Position numbers and translations under genes: made by a program. A stretch of DNA of 58,507 nucleotides, the filler included, from Sphacelaria rigidula (taxonomy: Eukaryota), in NCBI GenBank assembly GCA_964200075.2. It is 4 parts of 4 records of this genome, joined end to end, with 100 filler letters (N's around TTAATTAATTAA, not from the genome) between each part and the next. Parts side by side here need not be neighbours in the genome. Positions count along the whole stretch, not along the records: positions 29,311 to 43,860 come from CAXNAA020002186.1; positions 43,961 to 58,507 come from CAXNAA020002187.1; 2 more parts are not named here. One strand, 5' to 3'. This document shows, piece by piece, positions 37,532-50,598 of the stretch (the first letter of the stretch is position 1; the number at the start of each line of letters is the position of its first letter). The notes under the pieces are model-generated. The model was not told where the DNA came from. It saw only the letters and a list, made by a program, of their open reading frames with translations, and made no database searches.

Positions 37532-40235
37532 AGCAAGCTGTTGCTGTTGAGCCGCCGCCACCCGTTGTTGCTGCTGCTGGAGGTGCGGCGACAGGGGGGG
37601 CATGCCAATCCCGGACGACACTGGAGACCCTGCAATCGCTACGTTTTGACCAACGGCACCCATACGAACCACGCCTCCCGCGGCCGATGCCGCCGCGCTG
37701 TTTCCCCCGTTACTACCCAGCGCTAAGGGCTGAGAGGTTGGGGCTACGGCCGGCGATCCACCAACGATGGACGACCCGGAAGGTGTCGACGCGGACATGG
37801 TGGAAATTGAAGCGGACGACAGCGCAGCTTGAGACTGTGCCTGCGTCGCGGCGAGTGACGACATTGGGGTCGTTGATGGGGACCTCGCCACAAGGTGTTG
37901 TTGATGTTGCTGGAGTAGCTGCTGCTGCTGCTGCTGCTGCAAGTGCTGCTGTTGTTGGTTCTGCTGCTGCTGGAGCTGCTGCATCTGCTGCGGCGTCAAC
38001 TGCTGTTGTTGAGCAGCTCGTTGCTGCTGCTGTTGCGCTTGCGCTTGCGCCTGCTGTGCTTTCAAAAGAGACGCCTGCGCATTTTGCTGGTGCTGCTGTT
38101 GGGGTTGTGCGGTGCCCATGATGCCGTTGGATATTCCGACTCCCTGACAATGTGGACATCGAAAGTTTGGGGGGGAGGGGGGGGGGGGGTATCATGATAT
38201 TGCATGCCGTGGTCCCATGACCATTAACCTCGCATCCCTACAAAACCGGGACGGGGCACAACGGATTTTCCCCGAACCAGGCTCGCAATCAAACACCAAG
38301 CGCGGAGCGCCGCGATGAGTTGGCCGAGTCGCATGAAGGGTGAGCTGTATCCCTGCCAAGATTTTTCGACCCGAAGCCTACTGGAGACCTTGCATTCGGA
38401 TGACAGCCTTGAATGAATTGCTTCATTTTTCTGGTATTGCCACTCTTTTTTCTTGGGGCGGGGGAGGGCGTTCTCATTTTTGGCTTGCCTTAGTTGTTCC
38501 ACCACTGGGCAATGAGCGCCAATGAGCGCCGTCGATCGACGCAATCGAAACAAGTCGCCAACCGTATTTCGAAGCGGAATCCAGCAGAACGGTATGTAGG
38601 TGGTGTGCAAAGGACAAGTCCGTGTCACAAACAACGTACGGACAACCATCCTTCCTTCTTGTCCCTCCAAATATGTATTGAAAAGAGCAAATTACACAAG
38701 AGCCTGTACAGCTCACACGCCATATATGCCCGCCGCATAAACAACAGATACCACACGCTCGCTGGCTGGTGGCTCAATGGTCAAATGCCCGCTTGTGGAA
38801 CAAGAGGTCGGGGGTTCGAGACTCCAGATGATTGATTGTTGGTGGAATTTGAAATGTGGGACAGTGAGGGTTGCGAGGGGCAGGAAGCCCCGGAGGTCAC
38901 TGAAGCAAACAGTTTACCCATTGAACCAGTGAGCGCTCACTGGTTCAATACGTGAACTGTTCGCTTCCTGAACAACGCTCAGGAGAGCACGGAACTTCTC
39001 CATCAGGTGTCATCCATGATGAACACCCTCCCCACCGACTATCCGGCAAAATACGAGTTTGTCACAGCTGCTTTAGGGTAGGTAAGGATACGTCACAGCT
39101 GTCCTAGTAAAAAAAAATACGGACTTTTAACAATCTAGACAGCGCCCAGCTACATTATATTTTCCAGGGGAAAAAATACGGATTTTTGTGCGGCTGTTCC
39201 CGAGCAAAATACGGGTTTCTCACGGCCTGGGCAGCGCCCAGGCTTCTTTCAAGATACCAAGTTTACTGTACATCGATATCGTGGAAAATAACAGTAGCAT
39301 TCGTAGGACCTCCTTTCCGAGCCCCCCGCCTCCCACCCTTTTCCCGAATGGAACATTATGGGGATATGGCTCCCGGAATATGCATCCGCATACCCATCTT
39401 CAAAGCAACGAAAAAGAACCAAAAACACGATATGTCACCAAAACGCGTCAATGAAAACACACCAAGCCCGTACCTGAGCTCCAGTGGCCCCCGTCGTCGG
39501 AACTCCCTGCGCCCGAGGCATTACCGTGCCCGCAGCGGCCGCAGCAGCAGCCACCGCTGCTGCCGCCGCCGCCGCCGCCGGGTCCATCCCTGCCGGTGGT
39601 GGCGAGCCCTGTGTATTCTGCTGCGGCAGTACCGAGGAAACACCCACCCCGCCGGCGCTGGGACCCGCTGCTGGCGCCGTAACCGGCGACGAAACCGGGA
39701 GCGAAGAAGACGGAGGTACGGTCGCCGCCATCAGTCCGGTCGGCGGTGGCGGCGTCACAGAGGGTGAAGGGATCGCCGGCAATGGTGGTACCGTCGCTTG
39801 TTGTTGAGCTCGCGGTGAGGCCGGCGGCGCCGCTGTCGGCGTCAACGGCGCAGTAGTCATCCCCCCCGGGACACTACCCGGGATCATCCCGGTGCTTCCC
39901 ATCGCCGACGGTACGCTGATCATGGAAGCCCCTCCTACCACGCCTGTCCCTAGCAAGCCCCCTCCGTTGACAGTCCCGACCCCGGAAGGCACCTGGCCCA
40001 CACTTCCCGCCGGAGACAATTGAGCTCCGCCGACGGTCAGCGGCATAGTCGCTGCTGCCGCGTGTTGCGGCGACGGTAACCCTCCCGCTCGTTGCGTCGG
40101 TAACGAGGACCCGGGCTGCTGCTGTGTAGAGGACGTAAGCTGCGACGGTGGAGCTACCGACTGCACGCCCCCGCCACCCCCTGGCGCCGTGGCCCCTCCC
40201 GGCATGGAAAGTGGTGCTGCCGCGGCCACGTTCAT
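30127..40235 (-). CDS. CBP/p300-like transcriptional coactivator (probable histone acetyltransferase), 5' part with Q-rich region, KIX-like domain and TAZ zinc finger
   Basis: Phase-0 exons: ~40235-39474, 38143-37352 (poly-Q), 36890-36606 (KIX-like WQSNNDIPFRKEILGKIV ... MAKRLEDNLYRTA), 33960-33001, 31479-31327 (QQQQRLLLLRHASKC ... PHC ... WKHIAEC) and 30255-30127 (PHCVSSRFVLSHYHRCKDHKCAVCAPVR). The start is uncertain and the HAT domain is not in the window. Confidence 0.85.
30362..30416. repeat. Hexamer microsatellite (AAAGAC/AAAGAT/GAAGAC)n
   Basis: Seen directly in the sequence. Confidence 0.9.
31551..31613. repeat. (AGC)n(AAC)n microsatellite, intronic
   Basis: Seen directly in the sequence. 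Confidence 0.95.
38165..38520 (-). mobile_element. Two stacked LINE 3' ends (family A-like, then subfamily B), each with a C-rich tail
   Basis: The reverse complement has ACTAAGGCAAGCCAAAAATGAGAACGCCCTCCCCC, then ... TTTGTAGGGATGCGAGGTTAATGGTC ... GATACCCCCCC. Confidence 0.7.
38761..39030 (+). mobile_element. tRNA-headed structured element (second SINE family or Pol III ncRNA)
   Basis: A box TGGCTCAATGG, B box GGTTCGAGACTCC, followed by a 66-nt palindrome (38902-38967) and small hairpins. Confidence 0.55.
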
Positions 40236-43170
40236 CGGTTGTGGCGAAGCGAGGGTTGCGGCCGCCGCCGCCAGACCCGGACCCCCGCCCCCCTGGGGTG
40301 TTTGCTCTGGCTCGGGAGCTCCACCCGGTTCCGCTGGTGGAGCCACTTGCGCCGTGATTTGCCGGACACGTAGTCCCCCTTCTACCCTAGGTTTTTAGCA
40401 CCGACGCCACTGCAGCTTCAGCGGCGCTCTCCTCTTTACTGCCCCGCCGCCGCCTTACGCTGCTCTCGCTGCGGCGGAGGTTGTTGCGTGGTTCGTCAGA
40501 GTATCGAGACTTCCTGTTACTTGTCTTCAATATCTGTTAGATAACTAGCTGCCGGATTTTTTTAGAAATAAGCGATTGATTTTTCGGGCATGCACACGGG
40601 TGGGGGCGAGGGAGGGGCACAGGAATGCGATTGTCTGTCAAAGGGTGTGAGAGAGGGTGTAAACGTGTGTGGCGCTCGAAAACATGCAGATGTAAGAAAT
40701 ACTGTTTTGTTTTTCTAATTGCGATTTGTCGCCTTCTGGTCTGTTCTCTTCCTCATCGCACCGCTTACGGAATGCAAGGCGACGGCATCGTTTGCAACGC
40801 CGAGAAAGTCCCGAGAATATTCAATGTGGGGGCGCTCATCCGCCAAGACTGTCGCAATGCGCAAGGTTAAGCCATGTGGCCGAATACGAGTACCGGCAGC
40901 CCGATTCCCTATGGAAAAGAGGCAAAGAAGTTACAGCAACAGCAGTGACACCCAACACCCAACTGCGTTCATGAGCTTGTGTACAGGCGGGGGAGACAAG
41001 AAGAAAATACAGCGGGAGGGGGTGTTAGACCTCACATTTCGCAGCAACTCTGTTCAACGTGCATGCCTAAATATCCTACTCATCTTTGAATTAAATTCTC
41101 CTCCACCTGCGGTATACTGTTGCCAATGGCACGCAGGGTGTTCATGGGCTACAATACAAAATCCGCAGTGGTACACACGGAAGCAACACCGGGCGGGGCG
41201 TCCATGAGTGCTTGATGCATGTTGTTGACGGTATGTTAGTACTGTAACTGCTCTGTTCTATGATCCGCGCCACAGAGAGCGCTTGGGGATCCAGCGGAAG
41301 AGCTTCACCCACATCGTGAAGCATAACCAGTGATATCGCGAATACAACGCCGTAGTACAACTAGTTGGAACAACGACACATGTTTCTGAGTTGCGTCCAT
41401 GCCGTCAACTGCAACGACGACAGACAGGGGAAGCCCTGCGATGAAACATCGATTGTTGTACAGTGCCTCTCACAGAAAACCCAAAAACTTAATGCCGTAA
41501 ATCACAGCAGGAACAACGAGTTGCCTTTGCTTGCAGGAAGGGAACACCACGCAGCGAGCGCCCAGAACCGGTGTGTTGGTCAAAATAATACAGGGTACAG
41601 TAGCACGTTGCCACGCATGGTGTGCGCTACAGGCTTCGAGCATGCTGCTTCGGCAGAGTGCAGAGAGTACAATGCCCACCCAACGCCACACCAGATTACC
41701 GCTGCAGTCAAGTACCGTACAGTCAGTACAGAGCAGTACCCCTGGCCTGCACTGTGAGGGAGGTATGATTGAACAGCTGACAAGACGTGCACATCCCACA
41801 CACATGGCGTGATGCTCAGAGGCCCGGAATAGTGAAGGACAAGAGTGTGCCTCCTTCGCGCGGCATATACACCGCACGACACGGCAACAACAACAGCCCT
41901 CGCTGAGAACCGATGTGATTGACATGCTCCTGGTTCCAAAATGTTTCAACGTTTTTTTGCGCCGCCTCGCCAAAGACAGCGGGGGGCAGAAGAGTCTTAC
42001 TGTGTTGCATTGATGTTGCACCGTTGTCTGTGTTGTACCCCTCGAAAAACAGAGCTCCAGTACGGCGCTACACCACTGGGAGACATCCTTTACCTTAAGC
42101 ACTGAGCATCCATTGCCTTTGTCGCTCGTCCACGTGCAGGGGCAACATGACAACCCATCGTCAGCACAACATAAACTTGGAGCACAGGAAACAAAACGAA
42201 CGCCAGAATATGATACAGACAAGAATAGGTCAAAATTGTGCGAGTACTGACTGTTGCTTCATCGACACAATTTTCACCAATTTTGTACCAGACGGGAGAG
42301 AAAAATTGGACCAAATTCTCATCTATATGGAATAAAGTGTACTATAACAAAAGCAGTAGCGATACTTTCTACACGTGGGTTTCACACGTCGGTGTGTTAT
42401 GAGTAAGAGGGAACCTCAAAAGTACTGCCATAACGTGGACACAAACGTACAAAATCACCTAGGAGCGTCGGTTATCTTGGGGCGATACCGCGCCCATGCC
42501 ATTCCTTTTCCCCCTTCTCGCCGTTCGCTCACTCTGCACCCGCGCTCAACACGAGACTGCGATAGCAATATAGACTATCGACCGAGAAAAGAAAAAAAAA
42601 AACTTACGACAAAACTGGTCCAAAATAACGCGCGCGGGTGATCGAAGACAGCACCGCGACGGCTTCCAAACTTACCGAACCGATGCCCGCATGGTGTTCA
42701 GCTGTGTACTACTCACGTGCTCGTCTGAGTTCGAAGTTGGTGCCTCGCTCGCGGACGCGTTTGGACGCTTGTTGTGGACACCCCTCTTTCGACTCCAAAC
42801 GAGAGCGCGTTTTGTTTTCGGGCTGCCTTTTCTCTCAGTTTTTGAGACGTAGAACGCCTCCATATATTTTCGAATTATAACATTAGTTCTAAAATAAATT
42901 AAGAACGTATCATGTCCCGTCGGTCGTAGTGGAGCTCTAGAACACGTGTGCGAGGGAGACGTGGTGCGGGAGGTTTCCAAACGCATTTATGATCACGACC
43001 AACTGTAGTTATGGGCTAATACCGACAACAACAAAAAGTTATCGTTGAGAAGGCGTTGGGGAGGTATGTCGATTGCTTTTCCTTATGGTTGTCTGTGCAG
43101 CGTTGCAGTGAATTCAATTAATTAATACGAGTAGTAGACGTTTTGTGTCAGATATCGGGTATTAACCCCC

Positions 43171-43227
43171 CAGTAGTAGTAGTAGTAGGAGTAGTAGTAG
43201 TAGTAGTAGTGGTGGTGGTGGTGGTGG
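43171..43227. repeat. (GTA)n(GTG)n microsatellite
   Basis: Seen directly in the sequence. Confidence 0.95.
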
Positions 43228-43860
43228 CCAATCGAAATATTTATGATAAATTTACGGTATATACGAATCCGGTTTATATTTTTTGTAGTAGTTTGAACAC
43301 TCGCACCCTTTCACGGTTTGGACGGATCATCGGCGGTTCGAATCACTAAATCTATGATTTTCCAGGGGTGATTGCTCGAAAGAGAGAAAAACGTTGACCG
43401 CTAGTCAAGAAGGTCTCCATGCAACTTTTGCGCCATTCCACGCGTCCGCGGGCCGCGTGTACCTGGGTTGCAACGGAACGCTGAAATAAAAGCCTAAGGA
43501 TATTGATTCGTCCGGTACGAATCATTAATAACACTAAAATCAAGTAATATCCAGACGAATTAATTATTGATCCGTCCGACCCTTGCACCCTTTCTCTGCA
43601 GCATGCGATGGTGATCGTTCAAATGTAAGTGAAAAAAATCGCCCACCCATTCATTTTGAATGATGGCAGCCGTCCGTACGTGGTGAATAAACGGCGTCAT
43701 TATAATTACACAGTATATGAGAGTCGTACGAGGTTTACCATAGAAGACCGACGTAGGGATTTGAACCCTTCCCCTCTCTGCGAAACGCAAGGTAACAGCC
43801 GATTTTCGAAAATGGGGTTGAAAAAAAAAATGAGGCTCAACTCAAAAGCCGTGCTTTCCC

Positions 43861-43960
43861 NNNNNNNNNNNNNNNNNNNNNNNNNNNNNNNNNNNNNNNN
43901 NNNNTTAATTAATTAANNNNNNNNNNNNNNNNNNNNNNNNNNNNNNNNNNNNNNNNNNNN
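43861..43960. other. Artificial contig linker
   Basis: 100 nt of N around TTAATTAATTAA. Confidence 0.98.
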
Positions 43961-44476
43961 CTCCACCGCGTCTTCATTTTGGGGGTGGTGGTGGGAAACG
44001 TGACACTAACCCCCAGCGTAATACTGTCCAGCAAAAATCCCGAGAAGAATCATGGAAAACAACGAAAATATCGATGATTTCAGTTTAATTATTTCATAAC
44101 GACCCGCACCTATGAGCTCGGTGCCCAACTTTTGTTCTTCTCCGTGTTGTTCACAATAGCCGACACTCGAGCCTACTGCCTCTTCCTGCAGCTTCCCTAC
44201 ATTGCTCCTCTCCCGCCTTCAGGCTTGATTTTCTAGGTGAGATCGGTTTCGTGGCCATCCAGGTGTATGCTTTCATCCACGAAAGTAGGGCAGGTACCTG
44301 TATCATCAAACACGCTTGCACGCCCTAACCTAGCTGGTCTAGGACTGGCGACTTGTACACCACATGCTACAGTAGGGTTGTATGCGTCCGGGCGAGGGAT
44401 CTTGCATTGCATTAGCCATCTCCGTCCCTGCGAGCCTCCGCTGTCGTCCTGGAATCTCATGTTAGACATCGAACTA

Positions 44477-44837
44477 CTACTGGGCGGCCTTGTTCCCCAG
44501 ACTGCGCGCGTCGCCTCGGAACAGTTTCACCTGTAGACAGTCCAAGGACGTAAGGGGCAAGGGGGTCGTTTCTGGGACGTGTGTGTGTGTGTGTGTGCAA
44601 GGGGTAGAGGAGAAGGGGGGGGGGGGGGGGGGGGGGGGGGGGTTCAGTGCCCGTTCGCGGAATAGCCGTGAAGCTGACGAGATCAGCCGAGTGTGATCGA
44701 AATAGTCCTGCAGATAATCTTTAGCCACCAACAAAGCTCGAGACGGGCGGTGACCGTTCTCATCAGTCACAGCTATCAAGATGGTGACATTGTTCTCCAG
44801 GTGGAGCGCGGGTACGGCGCCTCTGTTAGACTTGTTC
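44477..44837 (-). CDS. Possible terminal exons of an unidentified gene
   Basis: A pyrimidine-rich acceptor at ~44838 opens NKSNRGAVPALHLENNVTILIAVTDENG ... DYLQDYFDH; an acceptor at ~44531 opens VKLFRGDARSLGNKAAQ*. No family was recognised. Confidence 0.25.
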
Positions 44838-46942
44838 TAGAATCGAAAAGATCGGAAAGGAAAAAATAATATCGATTGGAGCACAGATCGTCATTTGTGT
44901 CCACGTCATTTCATGTTCATCCCTCAGATCTCGACGGTAGTCCATCTGAACTACGCATTAATTTTTCGAGGAAAATTGATGCCGGTTCAATAGACACTGT
45001 ATAACTCATGCTGGTGATGATCAAAGGTCTAAGACTTGGACGGCGAGAGAAGATGATTGGTATAGTCTGCATCAATTTCACTAGGGAAACGTATGCATGA
45101 TCCATGAACTACTCTCGCGGTTCAGGAGCGTACCTTAGCCCTTTTTTTTTCGATCGAAAAAGTGCGGTCGATTTTTTTCCCGATCCGACAGGTCCACTGC
45201 ATTTCTGTTCCACGAAGGCTTCAACTCAAAATTTAACTTAGTGCCGCGCGGAGGAAAAATATCAAGGGCAAACAAAAGGCTTTTGAGGCCAAAAGCATGT
45301 AGTCGAAAAACACGAAGAGGTACTAAACTCCTATCTTACAGACCACCACAAGATAACACCAGGTCACTGAACCGTGCAAACTCCATCACTCATTCTCAGC
45401 CACCACCGAAACCCTGTAGCGTAAAACACGAGTAAGCACAGGTATAGAAACACTGCCGCAGTTGTATATGCCTTTTTTATTTATGTTGGCGAAACCTTGA
45501 GCATCTTCTTCCATGGTAGGGATCGGCGATGGAACGGCGTGGTAGGGTGGGCAACCGGATTGCGTCGCGCTCATGGACAGTGCAGGTCGTACCAAGCTGC
45601 ACGTTGTACAAGTTATTCTGATTTCGCATGGTGAGCAGGCAGAACAGACTCTCCTGCCCTGTCTGTACTGCATGTTGCCCACTTATTATTTAGGTGTTCT
45701 TACTGTACGCAACACGAACGCACACACCCAGAGACACTGCACGCAAACGGTGCAGAAAGTACAGACTGTCGGTACTGTACACAACGGGCCAACTACCGTT
45801 TCACGGATTTCGCCACCTTTCTTCGACCGAACGCTTGATAAATTCGGGCGGATCCAACTCGACAAAAAACAAGCGCATTTCGATCATATCAATTCCACCG
45901 CTCCTGTTTTTCGATCGGAAACACTTGTGCTAAGACACGCCCTCAGGGTTGGAGCGATTCATCTATCAGAATTTCCTATTCCACCGTACTTTTTTTTATG
46001 GGCAATACCCAAAAAGGGTACACCCTGATGCTTTGGGAACTGGGAAGGGAAACGCATTTTTCGGTGTGGGGCGCGGCGCTGCACGCAGGCCGAACACCTC
46101 GAAAATACGCCCCGGCGCCTCAGCTCCACGCACAAGGTGTCTGGGCAGGACGCCAAACCATTTTGATCAGTTCCCACACATCGTACTACAGTGTGCGTCA
46201 GCACTTTGAAATCGGGCAGTTGAGAATTTGATGCTGGAAGTTTTGGCATTATAATAATTTACAGGCAAGCATTCGTGTTCAACTCGATGAGGAAATACGT
46301 ACTGTAGTCATTTGTGCTGAACTCGGTGAGAAATTGGATTCGAGCATTTGCGTTAAAATTGGAGAGAAAATAAGACGCGAAACTCAGCCAGAACAGGAAG
46401 AATCTTGAGTGCTGATGCGTACTAAAGGCTTAACTGCGACGCGGATAAGGTTCTTGTGAACGAACCAGTAGGGTACACCCTGCTCTCCGCTATAGGTTAT
46501 CCTTGCCCTTTTTTGCTGAAGTGTGGATCCTTGAAATGCATAAGTGCCTACCCTCCTTTACCCTTTCTAGTGCATACCCTTATTTACCCTTATTAGTGCA
46601 TACTCTTTGCCCTTTTTCGTGAAAGTGGTGACCGTACCCCCGGCTCCGCAGAAGATACGCTGTACGACCACAACCATACCCATTTTTTGTAAATTACACC
46701 CCACGAAAAGCCCAAAACCCAACGACCGAGAAAACTGTAGCCTCCTGCTGGATGGCCCACAGATCCGGAAGATCCGACGATGAACCCAGCACGCGAATGC
46801 TTGTGTGCGGGCCTCACAATAAGCCAACGAATATGTGTAATGTCGTTCGGGCCTGTGTCTGCGGGCGTTTGTTTCACTAGAGTAGCAGCATCAGGTGCAA
46901 CTGCAGTAGTACAAAGACAGAGCGGAAGAAAATGCACATGTA

Positions 46943-47190
46943 GTTGAGACGATGAGGCATGCGTGTAAGATCAAAACATGCTCGAGAGGTGGCAGTCTTG
47001 CCCGCGCACGCTGACTGTTTCATACCGTTGTACGTATTCAGCCGCTGATGGAAAAACACTCGCATCATAAGAAGTATATAAGGCGGAAAAGCAGCCATAC
47101 AGACTGTGAAAGAAGGGGAGAAACAGTTGAGAAGATGTGACATGCGTGAATGATCAACATACGCTCGAGGTGTTGCAGCCCTGCACGGAC
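46943..47190. repeat. Diverged direct repeat of about 60 bp
   Basis: AGTTGAGACGATGAGGCATGCGTG ... GCTCGAG (46943) vs AGTTGAGAAGATGTGACATGCGTG ... GCTCGAG (47125). Confidence 0.7.
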
Positions 47191-49462
47191 AGTACCAGGA
47201 CTGCTGCGAAAGCATGGATGATAGCACAGGATGTAGGCTGGTTGTATATTTCGAGTCAGTGACGGCTACCAGCGTGCGCCGCTCGTAAACCGTAAGAAGC
47301 ATGTGCCCACGAAAAGTGAAAAGTGCTCAGCGACGAGTTACATGCTAACTCTGCATGATGTACTTTACTGCGAGCTCAAAACCGGTCGGGGGTTTTCCGT
47401 GACAATCTTATATGTAGATATGCCCAACATCCACATATTCTTGGAAAAAGGGACTTTGTCTAGTGAAGAAACAGCTTTTTTAACCCTGAGGGGGATCGCA
47501 GTCAAAGGGTTACCAACTCGTGTCGTCACTTGGTTGAATGGCTCTTTTACGAACCTCCCTGGAAGTGTTTTGATTTGAATTAACGCTAAGTCCGACCCCA
47601 AGCACAGGTATACCGTGAACCTTCGGGCAAGGAGAGTGCAGAGGGTGCTTTATGCATAGGGTGGGTTCGCAGACCTCAAATCGTGCGTTCGCAGACTTCG
47701 AATTGGGGCCTGCAGCGCCGAGTTGGACAGAAGCGCGCTCTGCACACGCCACACGCCACGGTAAGAGCACCCTGCACACAAAAATCAAGAAATAATGTTG
47801 CTTGAAAGTTTCATCCGCTCGAGTAAGTAATGTGAAATGTCACATCCTGGACAAAACACAGCAGAAGGAAGTGTACTCGGTAGAGTTTCCAATCTATTGC
47901 CGATTGCGAAGTGTCTACAACATGTGTCTGCTTGACCTTATCGGGTATTGTATACCCTGCACCCGTGCCGTCCGATGCACGATTTCAATTATTCCGAAAA
48001 TCCCAGCGTATGATTTCGGCGAGAGCACCGCCACCACGCTACCTGTGTCTGATATCTCGGTGAATATGCGCAAAAACTGAAACCAAGAAAAGACCGCGTG
48101 TGACAACGCGTAAAACGCACACAAGTTAGGTATCGGAGTGTTTCAACTTGCTGAACAAACGTACGTGCGGTAGGCTCGGGGATGGTGGGTGGGGGTGATG
48201 GTATTCACCCCCCTTAGGCCATAGCCTCACGAACGACCTGAACTGCGTCTCTCTGGCTGGGCTTCAGTGGAGAGAATGGCACACGTGATGTAAATCAATC
48301 ACGACGGTGTAAAAGTCTCAAAAGAGTGTATTCATTCCACCATACCTCACCAGTCACGGTCGGCACTACAGTAGTATCATACACGGTGTTCCGTTATCAG
48401 CCGTCTTGAGGCGGTATTTCGGAAGGTCAGGCGTTCAAACACAGCGCACTTGGCGTGTGATGACACTGAAACTTCAAGTATGTATAGGTTGAGGCCGCAG
48501 GTCGGCTTGCCACAACATTTCGGCGGTCTAAGGCGATTTGTACGTTGTGTGGGTTGAAAGGATGGCTATTCATGATGTTGTCCATCCTCTTGGCAAATGT
48601 TTCACTTTCGAACAAGAATATATAAAGGACACGATATAGACGCGGGGGCACCGGCCAGCCTAGTTGTTAAGGTTGGATCACGTGTCGGTTGACGCTACAC
48701 TTACAGAAACACAGATAACAACCACCCGTCAGGCTTCGTCATATCGTTGAGGCTGCTTGCCGCAAATGTTTAACCCAGTCTTGGGCAAGATGTGGCCGTA
48801 CAGCCGAGTCGAAGAGAACAATATCCTATGCCAAGGACCATCGTGAAGCCGTTCGGGAAGGGAACAACGTCCTCTTACAGACAGTACCAGGACTTGCGTG
48901 GGCGGCATCACTACAGACTGACCACGACGGTGGCGGTTGCTGGTGTCTTCTAGTCCGGAGAATCGGAATCTAGCTGCGAAGTTTGCTGGGCGGGCTCCCA
49001 CGTGAATGTCTCGAGTTTTTTTCCGACAGGCACCTGATCGGATTGTTTGACGAGTTATGACTTGCTCTCAAAGTGGGATCGAGAGCACTCGTCAGTTTTT
49101 ACGGAATGGTAGCTGGAATTCCAGCCCTGCCCAGGTGTGATTCACGTCGTACAGTCAGTCCAGTCCTGCCGGCTCCAAGTACACAGTATCAATTTCGTCA
49201 ACTTTTCACGTGGGATGGTACATTTATCGGTTATCAAGCGCTTTCTCCGTACATCTTCACATGCATCCCTTGCCATCCGAGCGCCGCAGCCACCGGTCTT
49301 GTCTGCAGCTGCAGCTTTCCGTGCTGATGTGGATACCTCGTTTCCAAGAAGGTGTGCTACTCTCGTCTCAGCGCATTCAGGCCGTTCCACCTAAAATATG
49401 TAAAACCCCTCAAAGGTCTCGTTGAACAAGAATATCACTGTAGAGTACAGAGGTAGTATGGT

Positions 49463-49510
49463 GCACCGCACCGCACCGCACTGCACCGCACCGTCCCCCA
49501 CCGCACCGCA
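49463..49510. repeat. (GCACC)n pentamer microsatellite
   Basis: Seen directly in the sequence. Confidence 0.9.
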
Positions 49511-50230
49511 CACTATTCATATGCCCATCTGAATCTATCCCAGCTCGAAGTCACGGCAGCATCCACGTGCCTTGGGGGGTGATGGCAAAAACCGAGCGTA
49601 CGGTGTTCGTGCGGCAGATGTACCATCGAAGGCCAAGTGCACACTGGCCTTTGAGCAGTAGGTTTGGCCTTTGCCCCGGTGGCGTCGCTACCAGCGGTAC
49701 GAGTGGCAGTCTCTGTCATTGCTGCGCGTTGCAGTCGTCGAGAACCCTTGTTTCGTCTCATCTCTCAGCTGCATGTAAGTGTTGGTACATTGACTTTTGG
49801 TAGTGTCTACGGAGGGGAAGCCCGCTTTGTGGGGGGGTTCCGCAGGTTGTATTTATCTGAAAATCGAAAGCTACTGTAGATAGCCCATTAACCATTGAAA
49901 TGTTTTGTGAATGGACATCAAGTGAGATATTCCCCGGAAGGACTCAAACCTCCATACAACATCGGTGTCCTGTTTGCACACTCTGGATAATGATAACTTA
50001 TTTCATCCTCGGAAAGTGAACTGCGTATAATATAGAATCTATCTTTTACCGTAGTAGACTCAATAATCGATGCTGTACGCATTACACGTTTTGAACTAAA
50101 ATCGTTTGTTCAGAACATGTTTGTTTGCCTCTGTGTGTTGATACTTGGTTATCATATAAGGCATGCTCACCCCGAGGCGCTGTTCCTGTATAAACAAAAA
50201 ATATACTGCCCGTTTGTGGTCACTGGTCGA

Positions 50231-50598
50231 TATAGTGGCATAATGTGACCTTTACAAGAAGAAACGGAACGTGCTAGCGGGGGAATCGCGGGACGTGAAC
50301 GAACGTCGAATGGGATCCTTTGATGCATGAGACAGTAGAGAGAAAACGATGGCTATACTAGGAGAAAGATAGTGGCCGCAGACGGCGAAACACGACGGGG
50401 ATAAGATATGTACAAGGTTCTTGTGTAATGAACGGAAGAAAGGTGATGAGCGCCGGATGTTGAAGGCTTCTCTATTAGGAGTAGGAACGGTGCTCCGTCT
50501 CGGAAGGGATGCGTGGTCAATGGTCAAACGACTAAGGCAAGCAACAAATGAGTACGCCCCCACCCCCCCTTCCCTCCCCCCCCGCCTTTCCCTCCCCC
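50231..50598 (+). mobile_element. 5'-truncated LINE 3' end (same family as 18420-19810) with a C-rich tail
   Basis: Colinear with the reverse complement of 18420-18750, from ATAGTGGCA to AATGAGTACGCCCC. Confidence 0.85.

Noticed and set aside
33116-40398. Plus-strand Pro/Ala-rich ORFs
   Set aside because: Antisense shadows of GC-rich minus-strand exons.
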